From Deltaproteobacteria bacterium GWA2_45_12 (GTDB lineage: Bacteria; UBA10199): a stretch of DNA of 64,000 nucleotides. Made by a program: the position numbers and the translations under genes. A model generated the notes under the pieces. It searched no databases. It saw nothing but the letters and a program-made list of their open reading frames with translations, and was not told where the DNA came from. The stretch spans positions 5,687 to 69,686 of the forward strand of contig MGPH01000028.1 of NCBI GenBank assembly GCA_001797365.1, given 5' to 3'. This document shows, piece after piece, positions 25,984 through 37,044 of the stretch; position 1 is the first letter of the stretch; each line of letters starts with the position of its first letter.

Positions 25984-26901
25984 ATGAATGATCCAAGTTT
26001 TGAGGTTTTTAGGGAGGCTCTCTTGCACGAAAAGCAAGCTTCCCCCCATACGGTTAAAAACTACCTCCATGATCTCAAAGAGTTTTGGGGATACCTGCAT
26101 CAATTCAGTCCAGAATGTATAAATAATAAAAAACTTGAACTAAATAAAGTTAACCCATTAATACTAAGGGGGTTTTTATCTTTTATATTTCAAGGGAAAA
26201 GTCCTGCTACTGTAGCGCGAAAACTTTCGACTTTGCGAACTTTCTTTCATTTTTGGGTTAAAAGAGGTGTTTTAAGCCAGAACCCGGCCAAGGCGATTTC
26301 ATCCCCAAAAATTCCCAAAAAATTGCCCCGTTTTTTAAATGTGGATGAAATTTTTGCCCTTTTAGATATTGCGGTAACCGACGATTTTCAGGGAAGACGG
26401 GATTGTGCCATCTTGGAATTACTTTATTCATCGGGCTTACGCGTTAGTGAACTGGTGGGGCTGGATGAAACCTGTGTTGATTTGGAAAACAGGTTGGTTA
26501 AAGTCTTGGGAAAGGGACGCAAAGAGCGTATTGTGCCCGTGGGGAAAAAAGCCATTGAAAAACTGAAAATCTACTTGGAAAAACGGGATAAAGTATTGGC
26601 CCAATTAAAAACGACAAACAAAACATCGTCTGTTTTTTTAAATCGTAGGGGCGAGCGTCTGAATGTAAGGAGTGTTCAACGTTTGGTGAGGCAGGCTTTA
26701 GTCAGATCGGGGTTGGGTAAAGAAATATCGCCCCATGGCTTACGGCACACTTTTGCCACCCATTTATTGAATGCCGGGGCCGATTTGCGGTCCATTCAAG
26801 AACTCTTGGGGCATGCAAATTTGTCAACCACCCAAAAATATACCCATGTCAATGTGGAACAATTGATGAAGGTGTATGATTCGGCGCATCCAAAGGCATG
26901 A
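25984..26901 (+). CDS. xerC: Tyrosine recombinase XerC
   Basis: LYSSGLRVSEL, GKGRKER, HGLRHTFATHLL, LLGHANLSTTQKYTH; xerC-hslV-hslU synteny. Confidence 0.88.
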   Translation: MNDPSFEVFREALLHEKQASPHTVKNYLHDLKEFWGYLHQFSPECINNKKLELNKVNPLILRGFLSFIFQGKSPATVARKLSTLRTFFHFWVKRGVLSQNPAKAISSPKIPKKLPRFLNVDEIFALLDIAVTDDFQGRRDCAILELLYSSGLRVSELVGLDETCVDLENRLVKVLGKGRKERIVPVGKKAIEKLKIYLEKRDKVLAQLKTTNKTSSVFLNRRGERLNVRSVQRLVRQALVRSGLGKEISPHGLRHTFATHLLNAGADLRSIQELLGHANLSTTQKYTHVNVEQLMKVYDSAHPKA

Positions 26902-26925
26902 GGGATATAACGAATTGACAAAAAC

Positions 26926-27000
26926 GTAGGGGCGAACCTTGCCTGCCCGCCTCAGGAGGGTATTCGCCCTGAAATGGGCGATCACAAGGATCGCCCCTAC
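26926..27000. repeat. Inverted GTAG-REP doublet with an extra module in the first loop
   Basis: gtaggggcgaaccttg[cctgcccgcctcaggaggg]tattcgccc...gggcgatcacaaggatcgcccctac. Confidence 0.8.
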
Positions 27001-27013
27001 ATAGGAGAATTAA

Positions 27014-27553
27014 ATGCAAGAAAAAATAAAAAGCACAACAATCCTGGCCGTTTTGCGTGACGGCAACCTGGCCCTGGCGGGTGATGGGCAGGTGACCTTC
27101 AATCAAACGGTCCTTAAATCAAATACAAAAAAAATCCGGACCCTTCATGATGGAAAAGTATTGGCCGGCTTTGCCGGATCAACAGCAGATGCTTTTACTT
27201 TATTTGAGAAGTTTGAGGTAAAGCTTAACGAATATAATGGCCAGCTTGTGCGCGCGGCTGTTGAAATGGCCAAGGAATGGCGCATGGATAAAATGCTGCG
27301 TCGCCTGGAAGCCATGCTTTTGGTGGCGGACAAATCAAATATTCTGGTTTTATCAGGTAATGGGGACGTCATTGATAATGAAGATGGCATTGCAGCCATT
27401 GGGTCCGGTGGCCCCTTTGCACTGGCCGCGGCACGTTCTTTGGCCAGGCACACAAAACTTCCGGCCAAGGATATTGTCATGGAGGCCATGAAGGTGGCTT
27501 CTGAAATCTGTATTTACACCAATAACCAAATTGTTTTAGAAGAGATTTCTTAA
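27014..27553 (+). CDS. hslV: ATP-dependent protease subunit HslV
   Basis: [27 protein letters not shown]. Confidence 0.96.
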   Translation: MQEKIKSTTILAVLRDGNLALAGDGQVTFNQTVLKSNTKKIRTLHDGKVLAGFAGSTADAFTLFEKFEVKLNEYNGQLVRAAVEMAKEWRMDKMLRRLEAMLLVADKSNILVLSGNGDVIDNEDGIAAIGSGGPFALAAARSLARHTKLPAKDIVMEAMKVASEICIYTNNQIVLEEIS

Positions 27554-27555
27554 TT

Positions 27556-28983
27556 ATGTCCAACGACTTAAAAAACTTTATCCCGCGCGAAATTGTGTCC
27601 GAGCTTGATCGGTTCATCATCGGCCAGCACGAAGCCAAAAGGGCCGTGGCCATTGCCATGCGCAATCGTTGGCGAAGGCAACAAGTGAGTGCCGACCTTA
27701 AGGATGAAATCACCCCCAAGAACATCATTATGATTGGCCCCACCGGTGTGGGAAAAACGGAGATTGCCCGGCGCCTTTCAAAACTGGCCAATGCCCCCTT
27801 CATCAAGGTGGAAGCCTCCAAATTTACGGAAGTGGGTTATGTGGGGAAGGATGTCGAATCGATGATTCGTGAGCTTTTGGACACGGCCATCAATATGGTT
27901 CGCTCCGAAGAAGAAGAAAAAGTCAAAGTAAAGGCCGAGGAGTTGGCGGAAGAACGATTGCTTGATTTGCTTCTTCCCAAAAAATCGCAACGCCCAAAGC
28001 AGGCGGCCCCTCTTTCACAGGAGGGAGGAATGGTTTTTGATGTACCGATCCAGGAACCACCGCCTTCTTTGGTAGAAGAAGAAAAAGACGATACTCGTGA
28101 AAAAATGAAGCTGATGCTCCGAACGGGGAAACTAGATAACCGCAGTGTTGAATTGCAGCCCGATGCCGGTCCACGTTCCGGTGGAATGCCCATGATCGAA
28201 GTGGTGACAGCCGGTGGCAGCCTGGAAGATATCGGAAAAAATTTGCGAGAAATGTTTTCAGGCATGATGCCCGCGGGGCGTAAACGAAAAAAGGTGAAAG
28301 TGCCAGAGGCGCTTAAAATTCTTACAACCGAGGAAGCCGCCAAATTAATAGAAATGGATGAGGTAGTTAAAAAAGCCATTGTTCGTGTCGAGCAAAATGG
28401 AATCGTGTTTATCGATGAAATTGACAAAATCGCTTCGCGTGAAGGCTCTGGCCGCGGGCCCGATGTTTCACGCGAGGGGGTGCAACGCGATATTTTACCC
28501 ATTGTTGAAGGGAGCACTGTCAGTACGCGTTATGGAATGGTAAAGACCGATCATATCTTGTTTGTGGCGGCGGGGGCGTTTCATGTTTCAAAGCCCTCCG
28601 ATCTTATTCCTGAATTACAGGGGCGTTTTCCCATTCGTGTGGAATTGCAATCGCTTAAAGAAGAAGATTTTATCCGTATTTTAACAGAACCCCAAAACTC
28701 ACTGTCAAAACAGTACAAGGCGCTTTTGGCCACCGAAGGGGTTGAACTTGATCTTACTGAAGAGGGTTTAAGGGAAGTAGCGAAGTTGGCCGCATTGGCC
28801 AATGAACAAATGGAAAATATCGGAGCTCGCAGGCTTTACACCATTATGGAACGTGTTTTGGATGAAATATCCTTTGATGCCAGCGAAAAATCGGGACAAA
28901 AGTTTGTTGTAGATGCCAAGTATGTAAGACAATGCTTGGCCACGGTGATGAAAAACCAGGATTTGAGTCGTTATATTTTGTAA
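27556..28983 (+). CDS. hslU: ATP-dependent protease ATPase HslU
   Basis: [37 protein letters not shown], terminal RYIL. Confidence 0.97.
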   Translation: MSNDLKNFIPREIVSELDRFIIGQHEAKRAVAIAMRNRWRRQQVSADLKDEITPKNIIMIGPTGVGKTEIARRLSKLANAPFIKVEASKFTEVGYVGKDVESMIRELLDTAINMVRSEEEEKVKVKAEELAEERLLDLLLPKKSQRPKQAAPLSQEGGMVFDVPIQEPPPSLVEEEKDDTREKMKLMLRTGKLDNRSVELQPDAGPRSGGMPMIEVVTAGGSLEDIGKNLREMFSGMMPAGRKRKKVKVPEALKILTTEEAAKLIEMDEVVKKAIVRVEQNGIVFIDEIDKIASREGSGRGPDVSREGVQRDILPIVEGSTVSTRYGMVKTDHILFVAAGAFHVSKPSDLIPELQGRFPIRVELQSLKEEDFIRILTEPQNSLSKQYKALLATEGVELDLTEEGLREVAKLAALANEQMENIGARRLYTIMERVLDEISFDASEKSGQKFVVDAKYVRQCLATVMKNQDLSRYIL

Positions 28984-28989
28984 ATGTTT

Positions 28990-29059
28990 GGTCCCCAAGC
29001 GAAGTGGTCCCCGAGCGGAGTCGAGGGGTCGAAGGGCCATCTCGACTCCGTTTGGTACC
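28990..29059. repeat. Self-nested element plus inverted partner
   Basis: ggtccccaagcgaagt[ggtccccgagcggagtcgagggg]tcgaaggg...ctcgactccgtttgg. Confidence 0.85.
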
Positions 29060-29089
29060 CGTTCATCGATTAGATTTACGGAGAAAATA

Positions 29090-29971
29090 ATGGAAGAACT
29101 GATCGAAAAAGCAAAAATCTTGATGGAAGCCCTTCCCTATATTCAAAGATTCAAGGGAAAGCGCCTGGTTGTTAAATATGGCGGACATGCCATGGAAGAT
29201 GAAGGGCTCAAGAAAAGTTTTGCGCGGGATGTCATCATGATGAAGCTGATCGGGCTACATCCGGTGATTGTGCACGGGGGCGGGCCACAAATAGAAAAAG
29301 TGTTGAAGCAAATGGGTATTGAACCCAAGTTTCATAACGGAGTTCGTATTACCGATTCGGACACCATGGATGTGGTTGAAATGGTGTTGGTTGGGAAAGT
29401 GAACAAGGAAATAGTCGGGCTCATCAATTTAAACGGTGGTTCTGCCCTTGGTTTTTCCGGCAAAGATGGCCAGCTTATCCAGGCCTCCAGAATGGATCCG
29501 CAGAAAGTAAAAAAGACAAAAAAAACCTCCGAGCTCATCGATATGGGCTTGGTGGGGGTTGTTGATAAAATCAATACGGATGTGATCACAAAGATGGAAG
29601 ACTCGCTTTTTATTCCCGTCATTGCCCCTGTGGGGGTTTCCGAGACGGGCGAGTCGCTTAATATTAATGCCGATTTCGTGGCGGCCAATGTGGCAGGGGC
29701 TTTAAAGGCCGAAAAATTATTGCTGATGACGGATATTAACGGAGTTAAAAACAAGGAAGAAAGTCTTATCCCCACACTCACCCTGGCTGAAAGCAAAAAA
29801 TTGATTGATACAGGTGTGGCGACAGGGGGGATGATTCCAAAACTTAAATGTGCGATGGAGGCTTTGGAAAAAGGGGTACAGTCGGTCCATATTATTGATG
29901 GCCGGGTTCAACATGCCCTTCTTCTTGAAATTTTCACTGATAAAGGGGTTGGAACCCTTATCACCCATTAA
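29090..29971 (+). CDS. argB: Acetylglutamate kinase
   Basis: [28 protein letters not shown]. Confidence 0.96.
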   Translation: MEELIEKAKILMEALPYIQRFKGKRLVVKYGGHAMEDEGLKKSFARDVIMMKLIGLHPVIVHGGGPQIEKVLKQMGIEPKFHNGVRITDSDTMDVVEMVLVGKVNKEIVGLINLNGGSALGFSGKDGQLIQASRMDPQKVKKTKKTSELIDMGLVGVVDKINTDVITKMEDSLFIPVIAPVGVSETGESLNINADFVAANVAGALKAEKLLLMTDINGVKNKEESLIPTLTLAESKKLIDTGVATGGMIPKLKCAMEALEKGVQSVHIIDGRVQHALLLEIFTDKGVGTLITH

Positions 29972-29986
29972 TATTTTTCAACGATC

Positions 29987-31207
29987 ATGTCTCCCAAAAA
30001 ACCCCCAATTTTGCCGACCCATGATTTATTCCAAAAATATGTTTTGCCCACCTATGCCCGCATTCCTCTTTCTTTTGTCAAGGGGAGGGGAGCCACTCTT
30101 TGGGATGAATCAGGAAAAAAATATCTCGATTTTGTCGCGGGTGTGGCTGTAAACAATTTGGGTTATGCTCATCCGGCCATGGTCAAGGCCATTAAAGCCC
30201 AGGCAGTGCGGCTTATTCACTTGTCTAATTTGTATGAAATAAGGGAGCAGGGGTTGCTGGCTTCCGAATTAATAAAATATTCCGGCCTGGATAAGGCTTT
30301 TTTTTGCAATTCAGGAGCTGAAGCTGTTGAAGCCTGTATCAAACTGGCCAGGTATTACAGCATCAAGAATTATTCTTCAGACAGGTATGAAATTATTGTT
30401 TGTGAAAACTCGTTTCATGGAAGAACCTTGGGCGCTTTATCGGCCACGGCACAAAAGAAATACCGGGAAGGTTTTGGCCCTCTGGTGGAAGGATTTAAAA
30501 TTGTCCCTTATGACGATATTGAAAAAATTTCCGGGGCCATTACAGAAAAAACGTGCGCTGTGTTGGTAGAGCCCGTTCAGGGCGAAGGCGGAGTCAATAT
30601 CCCTGATGCTTCCTATTTGTCCCGTTTAAGAGAACTGTGTTCCCAAAAAAATATTTTGCTTATCTTAGACGAGGTGCAGGTGGGGATGGGGAGGCTTGGT
30701 TCTTTGTTTGCTTATCAGCAAACCGGCATTACTCCCGACATGGTGGCCTTGGCTAAGGGCTTGGGCTGTGGCTTTCCTGTGGGCGCTGTTTTGGCTTCCG
30801 ATAAAATCGCATCGGTGGCCAGACCCGGCATTCATGCTTCCACCTTTGGAGGAAATCCCCTGGCGTGTGCTGTAGGGTTGGCTATTTTATCGGTTATTTC
30901 AAAAAAATCTTTTTTGGAAAAGATTCTGGAAAAAGGATCGTATTTCCTGCAAATTCTCCATAAGCTTAAAGAAAAACATCCTGTGATTGAAAACGTACGT
31001 GGACGTGGTTTGATGCTGGCCTGTGATTTAAAAGACGATTTGGCATCACAGGTTGTAGCCAAAGCCAGGGACAAAGGAATGCTCTTTAATTGTATCCAAA
31101 ATAAAACTCTGCGTTTCGTTCCCCCTTTGGTTGTTACAAAGGCAGAAATTAAAAAAGCGGCCCTTATCCTCGACCAAATCCTGGGCGAGCTAAATATGAC
31201 ATCTTAA
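29987..31207 (+). CDS. argD: Acetylornithine aminotransferase
   Basis: FCNSGAEAVE, SFHGRT, EPVQGEGG, DEVQ, LAKGLG, STFGGNP. Confidence 0.93.
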   Translation: MSPKKPPILPTHDLFQKYVLPTYARIPLSFVKGRGATLWDESGKKYLDFVAGVAVNNLGYAHPAMVKAIKAQAVRLIHLSNLYEIREQGLLASELIKYSGLDKAFFCNSGAEAVEACIKLARYYSIKNYSSDRYEIIVCENSFHGRTLGALSATAQKKYREGFGPLVEGFKIVPYDDIEKISGAITEKTCAVLVEPVQGEGGVNIPDASYLSRLRELCSQKNILLILDEVQVGMGRLGSLFAYQQTGITPDMVALAKGLGCGFPVGAVLASDKIASVARPGIHASTFGGNPLACAVGLAILSVISKKSFLEKILEKGSYFLQILHKLKEKHPVIENVRGRGLMLACDLKDDLASQVVAKARDKGMLFNCIQNKTLRFVPPLVVTKAEIKKAALILDQILGELNMTS

Positions 31208-31230
31208 ATGATTGTGTATGTTCTCATATC

Positions 31231-31306
31231 GTCATTCCCGAGTGCTTTTATCGGGAATCTACATTGCTCAAATAGTGGATCCCCGACAAAATCATTCGGG
31301 GATGAC
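31231..31306. repeat. GTCATTCCCG...CGGGAATC / GATCCCCG...CGGGGATGAC doublet
   Basis: Two inverted hairpins bounded by GTCA and TGAC. Confidence 0.8.
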
Positions 31307-31344
31307 AGAAATGCGCAGTTATTTATGACGCTAAAATATAATAA

Positions 31345-32235
31345 ATGAAACATTGTCTTACATTAAAAAATTTGGGGGCCGAAACCATTTTATCCATTTT
31401 GGATAGAGCCCTTTATTTCAAAAAAAATCGTCAGCCACTGACTCTTTTAAATGGGAAGGTGTTGGGACTTATCTTTGAAAAAGAATCAACGCGTACGCGT
31501 ATTTCATTTGAGGTAGCCATGGGAAGGCTGGGGGGCACCAGTATTTATCTCAGCCAGTCTTCAAGCCAGATTTCCCGTGGGGAAACCTATGCGGATACCG
31601 CCCGGGTTTTATCGCGTTATCTGGATGCCCTTGTTTTGCGTGCTTATTCCCAGGCCGATCTGGAAGAATTGGCAAGCCATGCTTCCATTCCTGTGATTAA
31701 TGGATTAACCGATGACGCCCATCCTTGTCAGGTGCTTGCCGATCTTATGACCATCCTGGAGAAAAAAGGGAAATGGGATGATTTGAAAATCGCCTACATT
31801 GGTGATGGCAACAATATGACAAACACCTGGATTGAAGCGGCCCTGTTATTGAATTTTAATCTTCACGTGGCCTGTCCCAAGGGATATGGGCCTTCCAAAG
31901 AACTTGTTTCTAGTGTTAAAGGAATTGAGTCCATTGGATTAACATCTAAACCGCTTGAGGCGGTGGCTCATGCCGATGTAATCAATACGGACACTTGGTT
32001 TTCAATGGGGCAAAAGGTTTCCCAGGCAAAAAGAAAAAAATTCAAGGGGTTTCAGATCAACCGGGCCCTGCTTCAAAAAGCGAGTCCCGATGTCATTGTG
32101 CTTCACTGCCTGCCGGCCCATCGCGGAGAAGAAATAACTGATGAGGTTTTAGATGGCCCCCATTCTGTGGTTTTTGATGAGGCGGAAAACAGGCTGTATG
32201 TGCAAATGGCTTTGTTGGAATATTTGTTAACGTAG
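31345..32235 (+). CDS. argF: Ornithine carbamoyltransferase
   Basis: STRT, HPCQ, GDGNN, SMG, HCLP. Confidence 0.95.
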   Translation: MKHCLTLKNLGAETILSILDRALYFKKNRQPLTLLNGKVLGLIFEKESTRTRISFEVAMGRLGGTSIYLSQSSSQISRGETYADTARVLSRYLDALVLRAYSQADLEELASHASIPVINGLTDDAHPCQVLADLMTILEKKGKWDDLKIAYIGDGNNMTNTWIEAALLLNFNLHVACPKGYGPSKELVSSVKGIESIGLTSKPLEAVAHADVINTDTWFSMGQKVSQAKRKKFKGFQINRALLQKASPDVIVLHCLPAHRGEEITDEVLDGPHSVVFDEAENRLYVQMALLEYLLT

Positions 32236-32255
32236 GGGCGCTGCTTGCTGCGCCC
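32232..32255 (+). repeat. GTAG-type REP supplying the argF stop codon
   Basis: gtaggggcgctgcttgctgcgccc, identical to 12453-12476. Confidence 0.85.
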
Positions 32256-32275
32256 ATGATAGGGAGAGCGATTTC

Positions 32276-33481
32276 ATGACAAAAAAAATCAAAAAAGTAG
32301 TTCTCGCTTACTCTGGTGGTTTGGATACTTCCGTCATTTTAAGATGGCTTATCGAGACATATCAGTGCGAGGTTGTCTGTTTTGCGGCTGATTTGGGGCA
32401 GGGAGAAGAGTTGGACCATCTGGATGAAAAAGCCAAAAAGACGGGTGCTTCCAAAATTTATATTGATGATCTTCGGGAAGAGTTTGTGCGGGACTTTGTT
32501 TTTCCTATGTTGCGTGCGAATACGGTTTATGAAGGCAGTTATTTGTTGGGAACTTCCATTGCCCGTCCTTTAATTGCCAAACGTCAGATTGAAATTGCCC
32601 TAAAAGAAGGTTGTGATGCCGTTTCCCACGGGGCCACAGGCAAGGGCAATGATCAGGTGCGTTTTGAACTTACTTACTACGCCTTAAAGCCGGACATTCA
32701 TGTGATTGCCCCCTGGCGCGAGTGGTCCCTTGATTCACGTCAGTCCCTCCTTGATTATGCGGCCAAGCACGGCATCCCTGTGCCCGTCACACCCAAAAAA
32801 CCTTACAGCTCTGACCGTAATTTGTTGCACATCAGTTTTGAAGGAGGAATTTTGGAAGACCCCTGGAAGGCGCCCCCTGATGATATGTTCCTCCTTTCGG
32901 TTTCTCCTGAAGACGCCCCTGACAAGCCCGAGATTATTGAAATCGACTATGAAAAAGGAAACCCTGTTGCGGTCAATGGTGAAAAATTGAGCCCGGCTAT
33001 GTTGCTTGCCAAATTAAACATGCTTGGTGGCAAACATGGAATAGGCCGTGTGGATCTTGTTGAAAACCGTTTTGTGGGCATGAAAAGCCGTGGCGTTTAT
33101 GAAACTCCGGGCGGTTCCATTTTACATGTGGCTCACCGCGCTGTTGAGTCGCTGACCATGGACCGCGAAGTCTTGCATTTAAGGGATGGTCTCATCCCTA
33201 AATATTCCGAGCTTGTTTATTACGGCTTTTGGTATGCCCCCGAACGCGAACTTCTCCAAAACCTGATTGATGACTCACAATCAAACGTCACAGGCACGGC
33301 GCGTTTGAAACTTTATAAGGGTAATATCACTGTGTTGGGCCGAAAGGCAAAGGCCAGTCTTTTTAACCAGGAAATTGCCACTTTTGAAAAAGACACCGTC
33401 TACAACCAAAAAGATGCCGAGGGCTTCATCAAATTGAATGCCCTTCGCTTGCGTATTCGTAAAATGGTTGGGATTTCATAA
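32276..33481 (+). CDS. argG: Argininosuccinate synthase
   Basis: [36 protein letters not shown]. Confidence 0.97.
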   Translation: MTKKIKKVVLAYSGGLDTSVILRWLIETYQCEVVCFAADLGQGEELDHLDEKAKKTGASKIYIDDLREEFVRDFVFPMLRANTVYEGSYLLGTSIARPLIAKRQIEIALKEGCDAVSHGATGKGNDQVRFELTYYALKPDIHVIAPWREWSLDSRQSLLDYAAKHGIPVPVTPKKPYSSDRNLLHISFEGGILEDPWKAPPDDMFLLSVSPEDAPDKPEIIEIDYEKGNPVAVNGEKLSPAMLLAKLNMLGGKHGIGRVDLVENRFVGMKSRGVYETPGGSILHVAHRAVESLTMDREVLHLRDGLIPKYSELVYYGFWYAPERELLQNLIDDSQSNVTGTARLKLYKGNITVLGRKAKASLFNQEIATFEKDTVYNQKDAEGFIKLNALRLRIRKMVGIS

Positions 33482-33489
33482 AAAATGTT

Positions 33490-33547
33490 ATGGTTCGACG
33501 GAGCTCACCATGTCCGATATAAGGACACCCTGAGCTTGTCGAAGGGT
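33490..33547. repeat. tggttcgac-gctcaccatgtcc / ggacaccctgagcttgtcgaaggg doublet
   Basis: Same family as 1573, 38188 and 62119. Confidence 0.8.
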
Positions 33548-33586
33548 TGATCTGAAGACTTCTTTTAAAAAAAAATTATTTTTGAC

Positions 33587-34933
33587 ATGAAAAGCTCAGT
33601 TAGAAAATTTACTTTTCTTTTTGTTATTCTTTTTCCAGCTCTGGCCAGCGCTCAAGGGAGTGGTGTCCTACGACTCAACTTTAATCAATGTGTCACCATG
33701 GCCCTTCGTGAAAATGGCCAGATTTTAGCCTCTGTTCAGGATATTGAGGTTTCCAAGGCCAAACGGATTGAAGCTCATCCCAACTTCATTCCTGTCATAA
33801 AATATCAGCATCGCATAGCCCCCGTGCCCGAAGACACAGACAATGCTTCCGGCAGTTTTTTTGACGGGGATATCAGTGTATTTAACAATTTCAAGGTGGA
33901 AGTGGGAAGTGCCGTGAGCACTTTTGGAAAAATCAAGACGGCCCAAGAATTGGCAGAGCTGGGGATTGATGCGGCCGAACTTAAAAGTCAAAGATCAGCC
34001 GATGAAACTATCCTGAAAATTTATCAGGTCTATCAGGGAATTTTGTTGGCACGTGACCTGAAGGCTTTAGGCAAACAGGCCCATGATGCCCTTCAGGGAA
34101 AAATTAACGAGCTTGAAAAAGATTCAGTCCACGACCAGCTTCAAATCTTGCGGCTTAAGGTGGCTATCTATGAAGTTGAACGCAAACTGGAAGAAGCCAA
34201 CAAAAAAGAAGAGCTTGCTCTCAGTGGTTTAAAATTGCTTATTGGTGTTGACCATGATGCCCCTGTTGATTTGATGGATGTGGATTTAAAGCAGGTTTCC
34301 TATAAAGTTTTGTCCTTGAATGCTTATGTTGATAAGGCCCATCAGTATTTGCCCGAATATAAACTTTTAGCCACGGGCATAGAGGCTCTTGAGAAAAAAC
34401 TGAAACTGGAAAAACTTAATTATGCGCCCAACCTGGGGATGGGTGGTTTTTTTGATATCGGACGGGCCCCCAACATAAGGGGAAGCAGCAGTGATGAGGA
34501 TAGTTTTAATAATCCTTTTAACTTTACCAAGGCAGGGATTGGTTTTGAGCTGAAAGGGGAGCTCGATTTTGTCAAAACGCGCGCCAAGGTAAAACAAGCC
34601 CAGGCGGAGCTCAATAAAAGTTTGCTTGAAAAGAAAACAGCTTTTCAGGCTTTGGATCTGGATATTGAAAAATCCTATCTTGACCTTAGAGAAGCGGAAA
34701 CTCTTTTGACCCAGGCCATCGAAGCAAAAAAAGCGGCCCGCCAAATGGTTTTTTTAACCAAGAGTAATATGGATATTGGCATTGGTGAAAAAAAGGATTA
34801 TTTGGAGGCCATTCAGTCCTATCTTATTTTTCAGGGTAGGGAATTGGAGGCTATTTTTAACTACAATCTGGCGGTTTATTCGTTAAAGAGAAAAATCGGT
34901 GAGCTTATCCCAAAAAATACGATGAAATCTTAA
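33587..34933 (+). CDS. TolC-family outer membrane channel
   Basis: Signal peptide (ASA); two OEP-like helical repeats; C-terminal YNLAVYSLKRKIG. Confidence 0.8.
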   Translation: MKSSVRKFTFLFVILFPALASAQGSGVLRLNFNQCVTMALRENGQILASVQDIEVSKAKRIEAHPNFIPVIKYQHRIAPVPEDTDNASGSFFDGDISVFNNFKVEVGSAVSTFGKIKTAQELAELGIDAAELKSQRSADETILKIYQVYQGILLARDLKALGKQAHDALQGKINELEKDSVHDQLQILRLKVAIYEVERKLEEANKKEELALSGLKLLIGVDHDAPVDLMDVDLKQVSYKVLSLNAYVDKAHQYLPEYKLLATGIEALEKKLKLEKLNYAPNLGMGGFFDIGRAPNIRGSSSDEDSFNNPFNFTKAGIGFELKGELDFVKTRAKVKQAQAELNKSLLEKKTAFQALDLDIEKSYLDLREAETLLTQAIEAKKAARQMVFLTKSNMDIGIGEKKDYLEAIQSYLIFQGRELEAIFNYNLAVYSLKRKIGELIPKNTMKS

Positions 34934-34942
34934 GGAGATGAC

Positions 34943-35656
34943 ATGAAACTTTATTCTCTGGTTCTTGGTTTATTTTTATTGGCTCTTTTATCCGGGTGTG
35001 GAAAGGGGTGTAGCTCCCAGCAATCACAGGAAGCCATTATTCCTTCATCGGATCCACTGGCTCAACAGGAAGAAACCTTGACTCCCTTGCCCCCGGACAA
35101 GTTTCCCACACCCACCCAGGCCATTCAGGATTTGGACAAGAAAGTTGAATCTTACAAAACAGGTCCTGGTTTAACTTCTGAAGACGTGCAGGACAATCTG
35201 AAGCTTAAAGCAAAAATTATCCGTGGCACCTTTGATTTGTATGAATTGTGCCGCTTGGCTCTGGATAAACACTGGGAGCCTTTATCCGAAAAAGACCGGC
35301 ATTATTTTAGCGATTTGATGACCCGCCTTTTGGAACGAAAAGCCATTTTTTCAAAGGAACAAGTCAAAGACCAATCAAAACCGTACAAGATCCAATACAA
35401 GAGTGAAAGCTATCTTGATGCCGAAAAAACCATGGCCAAGGTTTCAAGTATTCTTTTTGTGCCCTCCGAAAAGATTGATTTAAACATCCATTATCTTCTG
35501 AAAAAAACACCGTATGGATGGAGAATATACGATGTCATCGTCGATGACGCTTCCCTGGTTGAAAACTATAAATTTCAATTCAACACCATTATTACAAAAA
35601 ATGGTTATCCCAATCTTATTGAACGCATGGAAAACAAACTGAAGGAAATGCAATGA
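34943..35656 (+). CDS. MlaC/Ttg2D (HpnM-like) lipid-binding lipoprotein
   Basis: Lipobox LSGC; FDLYELCRLALDKHW; WRIYDVIVDDASLVENYKFQF. Confidence 0.85.
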   Translation: MKLYSLVLGLFLLALLSGCGKGCSSQQSQEAIIPSSDPLAQQEETLTPLPPDKFPTPTQAIQDLDKKVESYKTGPGLTSEDVQDNLKLKAKIIRGTFDLYELCRLALDKHWEPLSEKDRHYFSDLMTRLLERKAIFSKEQVKDQSKPYKIQYKSESYLDAEKTMAKVSSILFVPSEKIDLNIHYLLKKTPYGWRIYDVIVDDASLVENYKFQFNTIITKNGYPNLIERMENKLKEMQ

Positions 35657-37032
35657 AACGTTGCATTCTTTTTTTGGCCGATGGAGCCAGGCCCGATGTT
35701 TTGCAAGATGAGTTAAAGAAGGGGCATCTTCCAAACCTGGCCCGTTATTTTGCCGAAAAGGGCGTTTCTACTTCCATGGTCACGGCTTTTCCTTCCACTA
35801 CGGGGCCGGCCTATCTTCCTTATTTAACGGGTCTTCATCCGGGGCCTTGCAATGTGCCGGGCATTCGCTGGTTTGATAAAGACCATTATGCCAAGCACGG
35901 TTGGGGTTTTAAAAGTTTCCGCAGTTATGTCGGGCTTGAAACCATGTTATTGCCTTCCGATTTGGATCCGAAGGTACGGACTATCTTTGAACTTTCAAAA
36001 AATCCGGTGAGCATCCTCAATAATATTCGACGCAAGTTCGGAAAGGGGGTTGATAAAACGAGCGGGATGAGAATCTGGTATGTTTATTACGCCCATTTGA
36101 CCGACCATTGGTCATTTGTGGATACGGCCATGACCAACAAGGCACTAGCCGCCATCGATGACGATTTTGACTTCATGTTTGTGGTATTCCCGGGCATCGA
36201 TGAATATTCCCATCGCTCCAGCCCGTTTCATTCCAGGGCAAGACAGGCCTATAAAGAGTTGGACGCTAATGTAGGAAAGATCATTGAAAAACTTCAATCA
36301 AAAAACATGTATGAAGATACTCTCTTGGCCATTGTCGCTGACCATGGGCTTTCGGAAACACATACGCATTTTGACATTGGTCCCTTTCTGGATTCAAAAG
36401 GAATCAAAACCTTTTACTACACCAATATTTTTAAATTCAATTTTGAAGCGGCTTCCATGGTTTCAGGCAATGGGATGACCCACCTTTATTTCAAGGGAAA
36501 AAAAGGTTGGGAAGGGCGCCTCTTTTTTGAAGACTTGCAAGAGCAGGGGCTACTCTTAGATGAGTTGCGATTAAGGCCCGAGGTGGATATCTTGGCCTGT
36601 CAAGGGCAGGATGGCAGTATTCATTTGCTTACCGAGCGGGGACATGGGGCGTATAAGGTGAATGAAGGAAACCTGGTTTATCGATGGACGCATGGAGAGC
36701 CCTTGGGCATTTGGGCGAATAGCCAGAAGGAAGTAGCTCTTGACCTGGATGCTTCCATCGATGCCACTTTTGATTCCCATTATCCTGATATCTTCATGCA
36801 ATTATATCTTTTGTTTCAGTCCCCCCGATGTGGGGATGTGATTGTTTCAGCCAAGCCCGGCTTTGATTTGCGTGAAAAGTACGAACACCCCGAACACAAA
36901 GCATCGCATGGTTCGCTTTGCCCTGAGCATATGTTGGTTCCTTTGCTTTTAAATAAGAAACTTTCCTTCCCCCCAAATAGAAAACACATCCGTTCGATGG
37001 ATGTGTTTTCGATGATAAGAGATTTTATATGA
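35653..37032 (+). CDS. Type I phosphodiesterase/nucleotide pyrophosphatase (alkaline phosphatase superfamily), no signal peptide
   Basis: LADGAR, FPSTTGP, DEYSH, ADHG, ASHG; ATGA overlap. Confidence 0.8.
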   Translation: MKRCILFLADGARPDVLQDELKKGHLPNLARYFAEKGVSTSMVTAFPSTTGPAYLPYLTGLHPGPCNVPGIRWFDKDHYAKHGWGFKSFRSYVGLETMLLPSDLDPKVRTIFELSKNPVSILNNIRRKFGKGVDKTSGMRIWYVYYAHLTDHWSFVDTAMTNKALAAIDDDFDFMFVVFPGIDEYSHRSSPFHSRARQAYKELDANVGKIIEKLQSKNMYEDTLLAIVADHGLSETHTHFDIGPFLDSKGIKTFYYTNIFKFNFEAASMVSGNGMTHLYFKGKKGWEGRLFFEDLQEQGLLLDELRLRPEVDILACQGQDGSIHLLTERGHGAYKVNEGNLVYRWTHGEPLGIWANSQKEVALDLDASIDATFDSHYPDIFMQLYLLFQSPRCGDVIVSAKPGFDLREKYEHPEHKASHGSLCPEHMLVPLLLNKKLSFPPNRKHIRSMDVFSMIRDFI

Positions 37033-37044
37033 ATTCTATTGGTT

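Noticed and set aside
25984..26901. Tyrosine recombinase as a prophage or island integrase
   Set aside because: Typical XerC size and housekeeping xerC-hslVU context, with no phage or att features nearby
27837..28517. Minus-strand 226-aa ORF
   Set aside because: Antisense shadow of hslU
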